The translations under genes were made by a program, and so were the position numbers. A stretch of DNA of 60,485 nt, counting the filler. It is 4 parts of 4 records of this genome, joined end to end, with 100 filler letters (N's around TTAATTAATTAA, not from the genome) between each part and the next. Parts side by side here need not be neighbours in the genome. Positions count along the whole stretch, not along the records: positions 7,370 to 29,537 come from SRR2962707_2649; 3 more parts are not named here. The stretch is one strand, 5' to 3'. Numbering within the stretch: position 1 is the stretch's first letter; each line of letters starts with the position of its first letter. The notes below the pieces were generated by a model. The model was not told where the DNA came from. It made no database searches and saw only the letters and a program-made list of their open reading frames with translations. Below, in pieces: positions 11,901 through 22,161 of the stretch.

Positions 11901-12671
11901 CTATCCGTCGGCCGTGCCGCCGTGGATTTTACGGCGCATGGCGAATTGATACAGACCGGGCGACGCGCGCATCAGCAAGGATGCAATCCGTGCCACGCGG
12001 CCAACCGGGATGAAATCATGCCCCTTCTCCACCCCGTGCAATATGATATCGGCAGCAGCTTCGGCGGTCAGGTGATCAATCCCATCAGCGGCGGAACCGG
12101 GGCGCACGATCCCGTCGTCAGACCGTTCAGGATTGCCGGGATTGGTCGCGACAAAACTGGGTGCCGCGATCAGACATCGCACACCAAATGGGGCTTCCTC
12201 GGACCTTAGCGATGCGAAAAAACCCTGCATCGCGTGTTTAGACGCGGCATAGGCGGTGCGGTTGTGCAGGGGCGCAAAGCCCGCCACCGAAGATATCGCC
12301 AGATGTATGCCGCCGCTTTCACGGATCGGCCCCAAAAACGCCCGCGCCATTTCAATGGCGGCGAAATAATTGATCTCGAACACCCGCCGATGGCTTGCCG
12401 CATCAGACTGCGCGAACGGGCCGATTTGCGACACGCCCGCGTTATAGATCACCAGATCGATTGAGGGACGCGCCGCGATGATCCGCGATGCGGCATCTGC
12501 CAAATCGGCACCATCCGTCAGGTCGACCGCCACCGGGGTTCTGGTATCTGACGCCCTCAGCCCCGCAATGTTGATATCCATCAACACACAATGCCAGCCC
12601 GCCCCCTCAAGCTGCTGGGCCAGCGCGCGGCCCAAACCGCCGTTGCCGCCAGTAATAACTGCCGTCTTCAT
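11901..12671 (-). CDS. Short-chain dehydrogenase/reductase
   Basis: TGGNGGLG, NAG, SS, YAASK; ATGA overlap with the upstream gene at 12668-12671. Confidence 0.92.
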   Translation of the reverse strand: MKTAVITGGNGGLGRALAQQLEGAGWHCVLMDINIAGLRASDTRTPVAVDLTDGADLADAASRIIAARPSIDLVIYNAGVSQIGPFAQSDAASHRRVFEINYFAAIEMARAFLGPIRESGGIHLAISSVAGFAPLHNRTAYAASKHAMQGFFASLRSEEAPFGVRCLIAAPSFVATNPGNPERSDDGIVRPGSAADGIDHLTAEAAADIILHGVEKGHDFIPVGRVARIASLLMRASPGLYQFAMRRKIHGGTADG

Positions 12672-13597
12672 AGCCCCGCCTCTCGTTTCCATAGATCAAA
12701 AACCTCGGCAGAGGTAAGTTCGGGCGTATAGCCGAACACGTGTTTCAAACGGTCATTCGCAAGCACCGGACGGTATTGCAAGAACCGCACCTGTTCAGGC
12801 CCGTATTGCGACAGGCCCAGCGGATGCAGCACAGCCAACGCGGCCTTTACCCCCCATGCAGGCAACCGCAATACCGGTTTGCCCATGGCCCGTGCCAGAT
12901 CGTCGACAGACAGCCAGCCATCACCCGCCACATTGAAAATTCCCGCCGGCGCATCGGTTGCCGCATGTTGAACGATCCGCGCAAGGTCTTGCGTCCAGAT
13001 AAACACGAACGGGCTGTCACTGCCCCGGATCGACAACAGCCGTTTGCGGCGAAACAGCGCGGTGATCTGATTATCGACACCAGCACCCAGCACCGTCCCG
13101 ACGCGCAAGATGACCTGCTCAAGCGCGGGGGTGGTTTTGCGTGCGGTTGCCAGCATTTCTTCGACTTGCCGCTTGTGGTCGGCATAGGCGAATTCAGGGT
13201 TGCCACGGCAGGGCGCATCCTCGGTCAGGGGCACGGGATTGTCAGCGTGATAGCCATAGGCGGCACCGGAACTGGTCACCACCAACCGTTTGACCCCATG
13301 CGCCACGCACGCCGCCAAGACATTGCGCGTGCCTGTCACATCCACGGCAAACGCCTGTTCACGGGTCATGCCCGGCGGCGGGGTCACGATAGACGCAAGA
13401 TGCACAACCACATCGGGGCGTTCATCCCCGATCACCTTATCGGGGTCTGTCCCGGTCACATCCATCCGCCGAAACCGCAAATGGCAGGGCAAACCAGTGT
13501 CAGCAAGGTCGGTCACCACAAGGCCATCGGACGGGAGGGCCTGCGCCAAGGCGCGACCAACCATCCCTGCCCCCCCTGTAATCAGAATACGGGTCAT
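12668..13597 (-). CDS. Extended SDR, NAD-dependent epimerase/dehydratase family
   Basis: ITGGAGMVG, HLAS, TSSGAAYG, YADHK; translationally coupled on both sides. Confidence 0.9.
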   Translation of the reverse strand: MTRILITGGAGMVGRALAQALPSDGLVVTDLADTGLPCHLRFRRMDVTGTDPDKVIGDERPDVVVHLASIVTPPPGMTREQAFAVDVTGTRNVLAACVAHGVKRLVVTSSGAAYGYHADNPVPLTEDAPCRGNPEFAYADHKRQVEEMLATARKTTPALEQVILRVGTVLGAGVDNQITALFRRKRLLSIRGSDSPFVFIWTQDLARIVQHAATDAPAGIFNVAGDGWLSVDDLARAMGKPVLRLPAWGVKAALAVLHPLGLSQYGPEQVRFLQYRPVLANDRLKHVFGYTPELTSAEVFDLWKREAGL

Positions 13598-14490
13598 CGC
13601 GCGGCCACCGTGCGCGACATGATACCGGCCAAGGCAAGGCCGGAAATCGCATGCCAGACGCCCCAGAACGCCGCGACAATCGCCATACCGCCCAGTCCGC
13701 CGAAAAAGCCAAAGATCAGCACCAGCCCAAGGCCCGAGTTCTGGATGCCCGTTTCAATCGTGACGGCCCTGCGATCAAAGGGCGACAGCCGCGAAACGGT
13801 CGCCAGCGCATAGCCGCCCCCAAGGCCAAGCGCGTTATGCACGATCACAAGCCCCGCGATGCCACCGGCAAAGCCAAGGAACAGATCCCAATTGGCGGCA
13901 AGTGCGATGACAATAAAGCCAAGGAAAATCCCCATCGACAGCCATTGCAACGGCGTGCGCAGTTTGCTGGTGATATCGGGCCGTTTGGCATTCAGCACCA
14001 GCCCGAGAACCAGCGGCAGGACCAACATCAACCCCACCGTGATCGCAATGCTTACGGGATCAATGATCGTCGCGCGCAAAATCTCGGCCGAGGGGGCATA
14101 AAGGCTGCCCCAAAAGGCGATATTCAGCGGGGTCAGAACAATTGCGGCAATGGTGGCAAAGGCGGTCATCGACACCGACAAAGCGGCGTTTCCCCCTGCA
14201 CGATGCGTGATAAAGTTCGATATATTGCCCCCCGGACAGGCCGCGACCAAGATCAACCCAAGGGCAACAGATGCCTGTGGCTGCGTCACCAAAACCAGCA
14301 GATATGTCAGCGCAGGCAACAGCAAGAATTGCGACATCAGGCCAACGATTAATGGTTTAGGTGCCTTTGCCAAAACCTTGAAATCACGCGGCTTTAGGTC
14401 AATCGCGATTGAGAACATGACCACCGCCAGAATGGCGTTCAACACCATCAACGACCCGGCAGAAAACGCGAGCACGGCTTCGTCAATCAT
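13594..14490 (-). CDS. Bile acid:sodium symporter (BASS/SBF) family transporter
   Basis: ACPGGNISN, GGNAALSVSMT, ETGIQNSGL; ATGA overlap with the FMO stop. Confidence 0.93.
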   Translation of the reverse strand: MIDEAVLAFSAGSLMVLNAILAVVMFSIAIDLKPRDFKVLAKAPKPLIVGLMSQFLLLPALTYLLVLVTQPQASVALGLILVAACPGGNISNFITHRAGGNAALSVSMTAFATIAAIVLTPLNIAFWGSLYAPSAEILRATIIDPVSIAITVGLMLVLPLVLGLVLNAKRPDITSKLRTPLQWLSMGIFLGFIVIALAANWDLFLGFAGGIAGLVIVHNALGLGGGYALATVSRLSPFDRRAVTIETGIQNSGLGLVLIFGFFGGLGGMAIVAAFWGVWHAISGLALAGIMSRTVAAR

Positions 14491-15803
14491 CTCCGGCCTC
14501 CCGACAGCTTGGCGATCCACTGCCCCACAGAGTTCCGATAGGTTGCCTTGTCGACGTAATAGGCCATCCGCGGCAGATCGATATAGCTCATGCCGCCTGT
14601 GGCCCGCTTGAACCCACGCGCTTTGGTTTCTTTCAGGTCACGCGCGTTGGGCGCTCCGTCGCGCAACCCCTTGATATAACGCACAACCATCTCGGCTTGT
14701 TCGTGCCGCCCTTGCCAGCCTAGGCCCGATGCCTCGACCATGCCCAGCACGAAAATATCGTCGCGTTCGGGATGCATGCAATTGAGGTACAGATGCGGTG
14801 CGTCGCCTTGCCAATTCAGGTGCGCATTGTCGACGAAAGGATAATCCAGCTTATACCCAGTGGCAGCGAGGATCATGTCATACTCCGCGCTGGACCCGTC
14901 TTTGAAATGGACCGTCTTGCCGTCAAAACGGTCGATATCCGGGCGGATCGTAATGTCGCCATGGCCGGCATGGTACAGCACCAGCGAATTGACCACCGGG
15001 TGGCTTTCGTACAGCTTGTAATCCGGTTTCGGGAACCCGTATTTCTGCGGATCGCCCACGAACCACTTCAAAATCGCGCCGTCCACGATCCGCTTGAGCG
15101 CCATGGGCAGCTTGATCGCGCCGCCCATCGTATCGGCGGGTTTGCTAAAGACGTATTTGGGCACAAAATAATACCCGCGCCGCATCGACAGATCGCAGGA
15201 CACCCCATGATGGATCGCATCAACGGCGATGTCACAGCCGGAATTTCCCGCGCCGATGATCAGCACCCTCTTGCCGTCAAACTGGCTGGCATGCCGGTAT
15301 TGCGACGAATGGATAAGCTCTCCGTCGAACTCGCCCTTAAAGCTGGGCATGTTCGGCGTGCTAAGCGTTCCGTTAGCTATCAACAGCCCCGAGAATTCCT
15401 CGGCATGTTCGCCCATATCGTCGCGCCACGTGATGCACCAACCGCCATCGGGGCCATCAAGCGGGGTACAGTCCAGAACCTTGGCCCCGAACCGGTAATG
15501 TTTGTGCAGGTCGAAATGCGCGGCGAATTCCTCGAAGTATCGCTTCATCTCACGGTGCGAGGGGTATTCGGCAACCTCCTCTCGCATCGGAAAATCGGTG
15601 AATTCGGTCATCTTTTTGGATGAGATCAGGTGCGCCGTCTCGTACATGGTCGATAGCGGGCCATCGATGTCCCACAGTCCGCCCACGCCAAAATTCAGCT
15701 CGAATCCCTGAAATTCTATGCCATTTTCCACCAGCAGCTTTGCCGCTGCCAACCCCATCGGCCCCGCCCCTATCAGAGCAAGCCGTTTAACCGCGTCTCC
15801 CAT
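14487..15803 (-). CDS. Flavin-containing monooxygenase (class B FMO)
   Basis: IGAGPMG, GGLW, FDGELIHSSQYR (FxGxxxHxxxY), IGAGNSGCD, ATGY. Confidence 0.93.
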   Translation of the reverse strand: MGDAVKRLALIGAGPMGLAAAKLLVENGIEFQGFELNFGVGGLWDIDGPLSTMYETAHLISSKKMTEFTDFPMREEVAEYPSHREMKRYFEEFAAHFDLHKHYRFGAKVLDCTPLDGPDGGWCITWRDDMGEHAEEFSGLLIANGTLSTPNMPSFKGEFDGELIHSSQYRHASQFDGKRVLIIGAGNSGCDIAVDAIHHGVSCDLSMRRGYYFVPKYVFSKPADTMGGAIKLPMALKRIVDGAILKWFVGDPQKYGFPKPDYKLYESHPVVNSLVLYHAGHGDITIRPDIDRFDGKTVHFKDGSSAEYDMILAATGYKLDYPFVDNAHLNWQGDAPHLYLNCMHPERDDIFVLGMVEASGLGWQGRHEQAEMVVRYIKGLRDGAPNARDLKETKARGFKRATGGMSYIDLPRMAYYVDKATYRNSVGQWIAKLSGGRR

Positions 15804-15829
15804 CGCGTCCTCCCTTGTTAATCCTTAGC

Positions 15830-15845
15830 TTGAACAAATGTTCAA
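15830..15845. promoter_or_regulatory. Palindromic operator, probably bound by the adjacent TetR
   Basis: TTGAACA-AA-TGTTCAA, perfect 7-bp arms in the 61-bp divergent intergenic region. Confidence 0.75.
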
Positions 15846-15864
15846 TTTAAGGCAAGGTCTTTTC

Positions 15865-16512
15865 ATGACAAACGCGCAACCCCTTGGCACCAAGCGAAAA
15901 AGAGCCCCCTCAAAGCGGGCGCTCGAGACGAAAGCCCGTGTTTTTGATGCGGCTGAGAAGATTTTCGCCATCAGCGGATATGACGGCGCAACGATACGCG
16001 ACATCGCAGCTGAGGCAGGCGAGCCTGTAGGCACGATCCACCATCATGGTGGCGGCAAGAACGCTTTGTTTCATCAAACCGTTGCGCGCCGTTCTGATGC
16101 GTTGTCTCGGGCAAGGCTTGCCGCACTTGAACAGGTAAAAGCCGCTGGAACGCCACCGCTTGAGGCCGTCATCGGTGCCTTTATGCGCCCCTTCTTTGAC
16201 CTGTTGGCCGAAGACCCCGCATGGCGCGACTACGCGCGGTTGGTCGCCTTTGTGTCCTCCGACGACCGTTGGCGTGACATTTCGGCGGAATGTTTTGATC
16301 AGACGGCTGGCATATTCTTGGCAGAACTTCAAAAACGGCTCCCCCTCGCATCCAGACAACAGGTTGCCGAAGGGTTTGCGTTTTCCGTCGCGGCCATGAT
16401 TGCGCTGCTCACCTCTCGCGAGCGTATCGGCGCATTGGGTGCTGGCAGTTCGACCGAGGACGCGCAAATCGACCACCTTATCAGGTTTTGCGCGGCTGGC
16501 ATGGTCGTCTGA
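15865..16512 (+). CDS. TetR/AcrR family regulator
   Basis: AAEKIFAISGYDGATIRDIAAEAG..TIHHH HTH; divergent from the FMO operon. Confidence 0.92.
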   Translation: MTNAQPLGTKRKRAPSKRALETKARVFDAAEKIFAISGYDGATIRDIAAEAGEPVGTIHHHGGGKNALFHQTVARRSDALSRARLAALEQVKAAGTPPLEAVIGAFMRPFFDLLAEDPAWRDYARLVAFVSSDDRWRDISAECFDQTAGIFLAELQKRLPLASRQQVAEGFAFSVAAMIALLTSRERIGALGAGSSTEDAQIDHLIRFCAAGMVV

Positions 16513-16587
16513 CCCCGCGTTTTTTTACCCTGCGAAATGCCGCATAGGCACGACGACACACAAGGGATCGCCGTGCCCGATAAGCGT

Positions 16588-17610
16588 TTAGTTTAGGTCA
16601 AAGTGGTCTGCTACGCTGTCGATGATCTTGCCCAGCACTTGGGACCGATCGGTCCCCTCGGGGTCGGTGCAGACGGGGTCGTCTTTCTCCTCAAGCAAAA
16701 TGTCTTTGCCAGCGGGTTTGCAAACCCCAAGCGCAGTAAAGTGCATGGCAGGCGCGATGTCCTGAACCGAGGCTTGCGGCACGAGCGCCTCAAAATTGCT
16801 GCCCCGCGCGCTGGTGTCTGTCGCAGCAAGGCGATCATCGCCCTCGCCCAACCCGATCAGCAACAACGGCGCGTCAAGATCGGCGACATCCTCGGATGTC
16901 AGCTCCCACGTGAGACCGGGGTCAATCGCTGCGATCCGGCTCACCCGCGCGTCCTTGTAGGATGCGTTGTATTTATCCTCGTCGATGGATGCCGGATCAT
17001 GGGCGGACTTGGTCAGTTCAGCACAGAACTGCGACTGCGGTCCGGCTGCCTCGCAATAGGAAAACAGGCCGTCATGGTTGGCCCGCACACCGCCCAGCGA
17101 AAGCGCGGTCCAGCCCCCATAGGAAAAGCCCGCGGCATATATCCGCGTCGCGTCGATCAAGGGGGCAAAGGTAGGGTCCTCTAAAACGTTGTCCAGCGCG
17201 GCTGACAAATCCTCGGCCCGGGTCCAGTGGTTGAATGCCTCGTCCAGATCCAGATCAAAGGTCGTGCTGTTCGGATGATTGACCGCAACAACAATCGCCC
17301 CCCTCTCGGCCAATGCGGCGCTGAGCCACGCCATCCGCGCATAATTACCACCCCATCCGTGAGACATCAGAACAACAGGGTGCTGCCCCGCCAAAGGCAT
17401 CGCGTCTTTCAGAACAGGCGTACCGTAGAACACCGCGTTATCGGCGAACATGATTTCGTCCTGCCCTGTGGCCGGAAACATGACTGACATTTCCATGTCT
17501 TGACTGTGATGTGGTACCGGAATGGTCCGTTCAACCAGCCCCACGTCCTGTGCGAGGGCCTCGAACCCGATTGGCAAAACCAAAGCTGCGGCAAGAAGTG
17601 TATGTTTCAT
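16588..17610 (-). CDS. Secreted alpha/beta hydrolase (predicted dienelactone hydrolase/PAF-AH-like)
   Basis: Signal peptide MKHTLLAAAL..ALA-Q; SHGWGG, GFSYGG nucleophile elbow, MHF. Confidence 0.85.
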   Translation of the reverse strand: MKHTLLAAALVLPIGFEALAQDVGLVERTIPVPHHSQDMEMSVMFPATGQDEIMFADNAVFYGTPVLKDAMPLAGQHPVVLMSHGWGGNYARMAWLSAALAERGAIVVAVNHPNSTTFDLDLDEAFNHWTRAEDLSAALDNVLEDPTFAPLIDATRIYAAGFSYGGWTALSLGGVRANHDGLFSYCEAAGPQSQFCAELTKSAHDPASIDEDKYNASYKDARVSRIAAIDPGLTWELTSEDVADLDAPLLLIGLGEGDDRLAATDTSARGSNFEALVPQASVQDIAPAMHFTALGVCKPAGKDILLEEKDDPVCTDPEGTDRSQVLGKIIDSVADHFDLN

Positions 17611-17751
17611 CTGATAACCTTTCGAAAATATGGTTTGAATGTTGACACCCCCATTCAGCAGCTCGCATGGTTTGTGACGACCCATATCCGGTTTCAGGTC
17701 GTGCAGATCGGGATTTAGGACCTTTAAAACTAGAAAAGCGAACGTTCCCTG

Positions 17752-18762
17752 ATGCCAGTTTTACCCGTTCCGATGATCATCTCTCTGCTGCTGCTGGGCC
17801 TTGTTCTGCATCGCTTTCTGACCGGCAAAACACATGTAACGCTATTGGCCCTGATCGCCATTTGTGCGCTGCAAAGCGCTATCATCGCGCTGGTGCAATA
17901 TTACGGGGTATCAAGCCTACGGATCGTCCAAGGGCTTGTGGCAAGCATCATCCCCGCCATCGCCTGGCTGGCCTTTCGACAGGCATCTGCTGGCCATCTG
18001 CGCACTCAAAAACCATATTTGCATCTGATGATCGGGCCTGCCCTTGCGGTGATTTGCCTGATCATGAACCCCAATTGGCTGGACGTGGTGATCCCCGCGC
18101 TTTTTGCGGGATACGGCCTCGCCATCTTGATTATTCTGCGCCAAGGCGAAGACAGCCTGCCCCACAGTCGGCTGGAAAACGGCTATCTGATCGTACTGGT
18201 CTGGCGAATTCTGGCGCTTGCCTTGATAGGCTCTGCGGCGACCGATATTTTCATCGCCATCCGCCTTGCATCAGGCCATTCGGATATGTTGCTGTGGCTG
18301 CCCAGCCTGATGTCGTCGATCACACTGCTGGTTCTGGGGGCGCTTGGCCTGTCGCATGCGATTGAAAGCCAAAACGACCCCCAATCTGAGCGCAGCCCCG
18401 ACACCGACCAAGACAAGGACCGCGACGCCGCCATCATTGAAAAACTCGAAACATATATTGCTATGCACAAACCCTATCTTGATCCTGATCTGTCACTGTC
18501 CCGCTTGGCCAGAAAATTGCTGATACCGGAAAAGCAGCTTTCAAGTGCGATCAACAAATACAAAGGCGAAAATGTCTCGCGGTATATCAATGCGCATCGG
18601 GTTCAGCATGCCTGTTCAATGATGCAAGACGGCACTTCCGTGACCGAAGCGATGTTCGCCAGCGGATTTAACACCAAGTCGAATTTCAACCGAGAGTTTT
18701 TGAGGGTTGTTGGCACCAATCCACGGCTTTGGCTGAAATCACATGGCCAAATGCAGGATTAG
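17752..18762 (+). CDS. Membrane-anchored AraC-family regulator
   Basis: About 7 N-terminal hydrophobic helices; C-terminal LSLSRLARKL..SGFNTKSNFNREF AraC HTH. Confidence 0.9.
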   Translation: MPVLPVPMIISLLLLGLVLHRFLTGKTHVTLLALIAICALQSAIIALVQYYGVSSLRIVQGLVASIIPAIAWLAFRQASAGHLRTQKPYLHLMIGPALAVICLIMNPNWLDVVIPALFAGYGLAILIILRQGEDSLPHSRLENGYLIVLVWRILALALIGSAATDIFIAIRLASGHSDMLLWLPSLMSSITLLVLGALGLSHAIESQNDPQSERSPDTDQDKDRDAAIIEKLETYIAMHKPYLDPDLSLSRLARKLLIPEKQLSSAINKYKGENVSRYINAHRVQHACSMMQDGTSVTEAMFASGFNTKSNFNREFLRVVGTNPRLWLKSHGQMQD

Positions 18763-18808
18763 AACCGCCCCGTATTCATGGCCATACTTTCCATAACCAA
18801 TGGCAAAA

Positions 18809-19777
18809 TCAGGATTTTTCATCCCCATAGGTCCGGTCTGACACGCCAATGGCGGACAGCTCCGCTTCGATCTTTGCAAGGAATGTTGTTTCCACTTCGG
18901 AGTGCCTGCGCGCCGGATTGCTTAGCAGATAGATGCTGACCAGCGGCAGGTTCTCATAGGGCGGAAGCTGGCGGATATGACCGGCCGCAACGTCCTGTCT
19001 GGCCACGTGAAGCGGCAATGCCCCGATCCCCACATTCGCCATGATCATGCGCCGGATTTCGTTCAGGCTGGACGACACACCGCGCCAGTTCCGCGCCAAA
19101 TTCAGCCGCGCCCGCAGCATCGATACGGCCTCTAGCGGGCCACCTTCGGCTTCTGTTTGAAAGGCCACAAACGGTTCGCCTTCCAAATCCAGCGGCGAGA
19201 TATCTTTTACCCCGAACAAGCGGTGCCGTGCCCCGCAAAAAAGCCCGAAATACTCGTTATACAGCACCATGGTGTCCAGCTTTTTGGGAATTCTCGGCAG
19301 CAGACAGATCCCGAAACTAGAACGGTTCAGGGTCACCATTTTTTCGACTTCGTCGCTCTCGTACACCGAAAAGGAATAGGTCACGTTGGGATGGGCGTTG
19401 GAAAACCGGTTCAGGAACTCATCAAAATGCTCCGAGATCACCGAACTGGTAATCGCGATTGATATATGCCCGCGAAGGTCGGCATTTCCTTCCTCCATGA
19501 TGGCGGGCAGCTGCGACACGGTGCCAAAAATGCTGGCGCATTCGGCATACAGAACCTGCCCCGCGCGGGTGATCGAAAATTCGTTCGGCTTGCGGATGAT
19601 CAGCGTTTTGCCAAACGCCTGTTCCAGCCGCTTTAGCGCCGCCGACACTGTCGGCTGTTTCAGCCCCAAATAGGCCGCTGCTTTTGATATACCGCGCTGC
19701 TCTGCGACCACCATAAAGGTGCGAAGCAGGTTCCAATCAAGGTTCCACGGAAACCTGTTTTGATGAGGAAGTATCAT
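18809..19777 (-). CDS. LysR-family regulator
   Basis: LDWNLLRTF..GISKAAAYLGLKQPTVSAALKRLE HTH; divergent from the ABC operon. Confidence 0.95.
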   Translation of the reverse strand: MILPHQNRFPWNLDWNLLRTFMVVAEQRGISKAAAYLGLKQPTVSAALKRLEQAFGKTLIIRKPNEFSITRAGQVLYAECASIFGTVSQLPAIMEEGNADLRGHISIAITSSVISEHFDEFLNRFSNAHPNVTYSFSVYESDEVEKMVTLNRSSFGICLLPRIPKKLDTMVLYNEYFGLFCGARHRLFGVKDISPLDLEGEPFVAFQTEAEGGPLEAVSMLRARLNLARNWRGVSSSLNEIRRMIMANVGIGALPLHVARQDVAAGHIRQLPPYENLPLVSIYLLSNPARRHSEVETTFLAKIEAELSAIGVSDRTYGDEKS

Positions 19778-19790
19778 AGTTCAAATCTAT
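19776..19790. promoter_or_regulatory. LysR recognition box (T-N11-A)
   Basis: ATAG-TTCAAAT-CTAT inverted repeat overlapping the lysR start codon. Confidence 0.65.
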
Positions 19791-19913
19791 ATTCATGATG
19801 CGTATTATTTATTTGCATGATACATTTCGCCTGTGCAAGTCTTTTTGCAGAGCGGGCAAACCGCCACCGTATCACAGGTGAATTATTCACCTAAAACCAG
19901 CATGGAGACCAAC

Positions 19914-20690
19914 ATGACTTCTCGTCGTACGATCCTGAAAACTGCCGTAGTCGCAGCAGGCTTTGCCGTCGCGGGCCTGAACGCAGCCGTGGCCGAAGAA
20001 CTGAATACCTTAAAGGAAAAAGGTGTTATCCGCATTGCAATGTCCGGTGCCTATCCTCCCTTTAACTTTGTGAACGATCAGAACGAGGTCGTCGGTTTTG
20101 ACCCCGCAGTGGGTACCGAAATCGCCAAGCGTATGGGCCTTGAAGCTGAAATCGTCACCACCGCTTGGGATGGAATCATCGGCGGGTTGCTGGCGAATAA
20201 ATACGATGCGATCGTGGGTTCCATGACCATCACAGCCGAGCGCGACGAGGTTGTCGATTTTGTTGGCCCTTACTATTCGGACAAACGCGCAATTTTTACG
20301 CAGCCCGGTTCCGATATCAAAAGCCTTGCCGATCTTGAGGGCAAGAAAGTTGGTCTGACCTTGGGGGAAACCCACGAAGATTGGGCCCGTGAAAAAGGCT
20401 ATGACATCAACACATACAAAGGCCTGCCCGAGCTGCTGCTTGAGCTGGAAAATGGCCGTGTCGATGCGATTGTGAACGATTCAATCGCGGCCATTCTTGC
20501 GATGACAGCGAAAGAGCAAGAATTCGCAATGTTCGACGATCCTGATACGAAACCTTTCGGTGCTGGCATCGCGATCCGCGAAGGCAGCCCCGAGCTTGCC
20601 GCCGAAATGCAAAAGGCGTTGGATTCCATGATGGAAGACGGCACCTATGTTGCCCTGGCTGAAAAATGGATTGGCGCAGACATCCGCTAA
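19914..20690 (+). CDS. Polar amino-acid ABC transporter substrate-binding protein
   Basis: SBP_bac_3 motifs YPPFNF, GFD, WDGIIGGL, SMTITAER; N-terminal SRRTILK twin-arginine-like signal. Confidence 0.93.
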   Translation: MTSRRTILKTAVVAAGFAVAGLNAAVAEELNTLKEKGVIRIAMSGAYPPFNFVNDQNEVVGFDPAVGTEIAKRMGLEAEIVTTAWDGIIGGLLANKYDAIVGSMTITAERDEVVDFVGPYYSDKRAIFTQPGSDIKSLADLEGKKVGLTLGETHEDWAREKGYDINTYKGLPELLLELENGRVDAIVNDSIAAILAMTAKEQEFAMFDDPDTKPFGAGIAIREGSPELAAEMQKALDSMMEDGTYVALAEKWIGADIR

Positions 20691-20697
20691 ACCTGTC

Positions 20698-20726
20698 GCC
20701 TCTCGCCCTTTCGGGCGGCGAGAGGC
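20698..20726 (+). other. Stem-loop after SBP gene
   Basis: GCCTCTCGCC / GGCGAGAGGC, perfect 10-bp stem; typical SBP mRNA stabiliser or attenuator. Confidence 0.65.
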
Positions 20727-20821
20727 ACATTTGTGCTGCGGACCGACGCGGGCAGAACTGTCCCTGATTGGTCAAGCGGTGCAAAACGTAATGCCAAAAA
20801 AGACTAAAAAGGAGGGGCGAC

Positions 20822-21469
20822 ATGGATATTGACCTGATGCTCAAAGTCTATCCGTTCTTTCTTGAGGCGGCAGGACTGACGATATTGCTGTCGATCCTGA
20901 CGGCGATCCTTGGGCTGATCTGCGGGATACTGGGCGTCGCCGCCCGATTGTCGCGCTTTGCCTTTATCCGTTTTCTGGGCGCGGCTTACGTCAGCGTGTT
21001 TCGCGGTACGCCTGCACTGATCCAGCTTTTCATCCTGTACTTTGGCGGGCCACAAATCGGCATCCAGCTTGACGCGTTTGAGGCTGGGGTAATCGGGCTG
21101 GGCGTCAATGCAGGCGCGTATATGACCGAAACAATCCGCGGCGCGATCATTTCGATCGACAAGGGCCAGCGCGAGGCCGCCCGCACTTTGGGCCTAAGCA
21201 ACTGGCAGGCCATGTATAAAATCATCCTTCCGCAAGCCGCAAGGCTGATGGTCCGCCCGCTTGGGGTTAATCTGAACATGCTGATCAAGGCGACAGCGCT
21301 GGTGGCCGCGATCTCGGTGATTGAACTGACCTACACGGCGCAGCGCTATATCGGATCGACCTACAAGCCCTTTGAAATGTTCCTGCTCGCAGGGGTTCTT
21401 TACATGATCATCATCTATGTCGTCGGCCGGGGCGTTACCTGGCTGGACCGCAAAGTACAGATCACCTGA
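20822..21469 (+). CDS. Amino-acid ABC permease (HisM/GlnP family)
   Basis: FRGTPALIQLF and the EAA loop GQREAARTLG. Confidence 0.95.
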   Translation: MDIDLMLKVYPFFLEAAGLTILLSILTAILGLICGILGVAARLSRFAFIRFLGAAYVSVFRGTPALIQLFILYFGGPQIGIQLDAFEAGVIGLGVNAGAYMTETIRGAIISIDKGQREAARTLGLSNWQAMYKIILPQAARLMVRPLGVNLNMLIKATALVAAISVIELTYTAQRYIGSTYKPFEMFLLAGVLYMIIIYVVGRGVTWLDRKVQIT

Positions 21470-21487
21470 TAGGAATAGGAAAACCAG

Positions 21488-22144
21488 ATGGGCCTAGATT
21501 TTTCGATTATTCCCAAGCACCTGGACATCATCCTGCTGGGGTGTGCCTGGACAATCGGCATCACCGTTGTCGCCGCGATTATCAGTTTCTTCGGTGGCAT
21601 CGTCTTTGCGGTGATCGCGCTCTATGCGCCTTGGATCATCCGGCAGCCGTTTCGCCTGGTTGCGTGGGTTTTCATGGGGACGCCGCTGCTGCTGCAGCTT
21701 TTCCTGATCTATTTCGGCTTGGTGCAAATCGGCATTGACCTGCCCGCCTTTGTGGCCGGGGTCATCGGGCTGGGGCTGCACTTTGCCGTCTATAATTCCG
21801 AACTGATCCAAACCGCCATCTTGTCCGTCGACAAGGGCCAAATGGAGGCCGCACGCACCGTCGGCCTCAGCCGTGGTCAAGCGTTGCGCAAAGTCGTGAT
21901 CCCGCAAGCCGTCCGTGCCGTGATCCCCCCGATTGGCAACAATATGATCGCGCTACTGAAAGACAGCGCCTTGGTGTCGGTGATTGGGGTAAGCGAGCTG
22001 ACGCTGTCGGCCCAGCGCGTGATCGGCAAAACCTACCGCCCCTTCGAATTCTACATTCTTGCCGCGGCATTCTACTATGTCATCAACCTTTGCATGGAAT
22101 GGGTGCAGCGTAAAATCGAACGCCGCATTTCGCTTTCCCGCTGA
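21488..22144 (+). CDS. Amino-acid ABC permease (HisM/GlnP family)
   Basis: [30 protein letters not shown]. Confidence 0.95.
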   Translation: MGLDFSIIPKHLDIILLGCAWTIGITVVAAIISFFGGIVFAVIALYAPWIIRQPFRLVAWVFMGTPLLLQLFLIYFGLVQIGIDLPAFVAGVIGLGLHFAVYNSELIQTAILSVDKGQMEAARTVGLSRGQALRKVVIPQAVRAVIPPIGNNMIALLKDSALVSVIGVSELTLSAQRVIGKTYRPFEFYILAAAFYYVINLCMEWVQRKIERRISLSR

Positions 22145-22161
22145 TCCACAAGGCCAAAACT

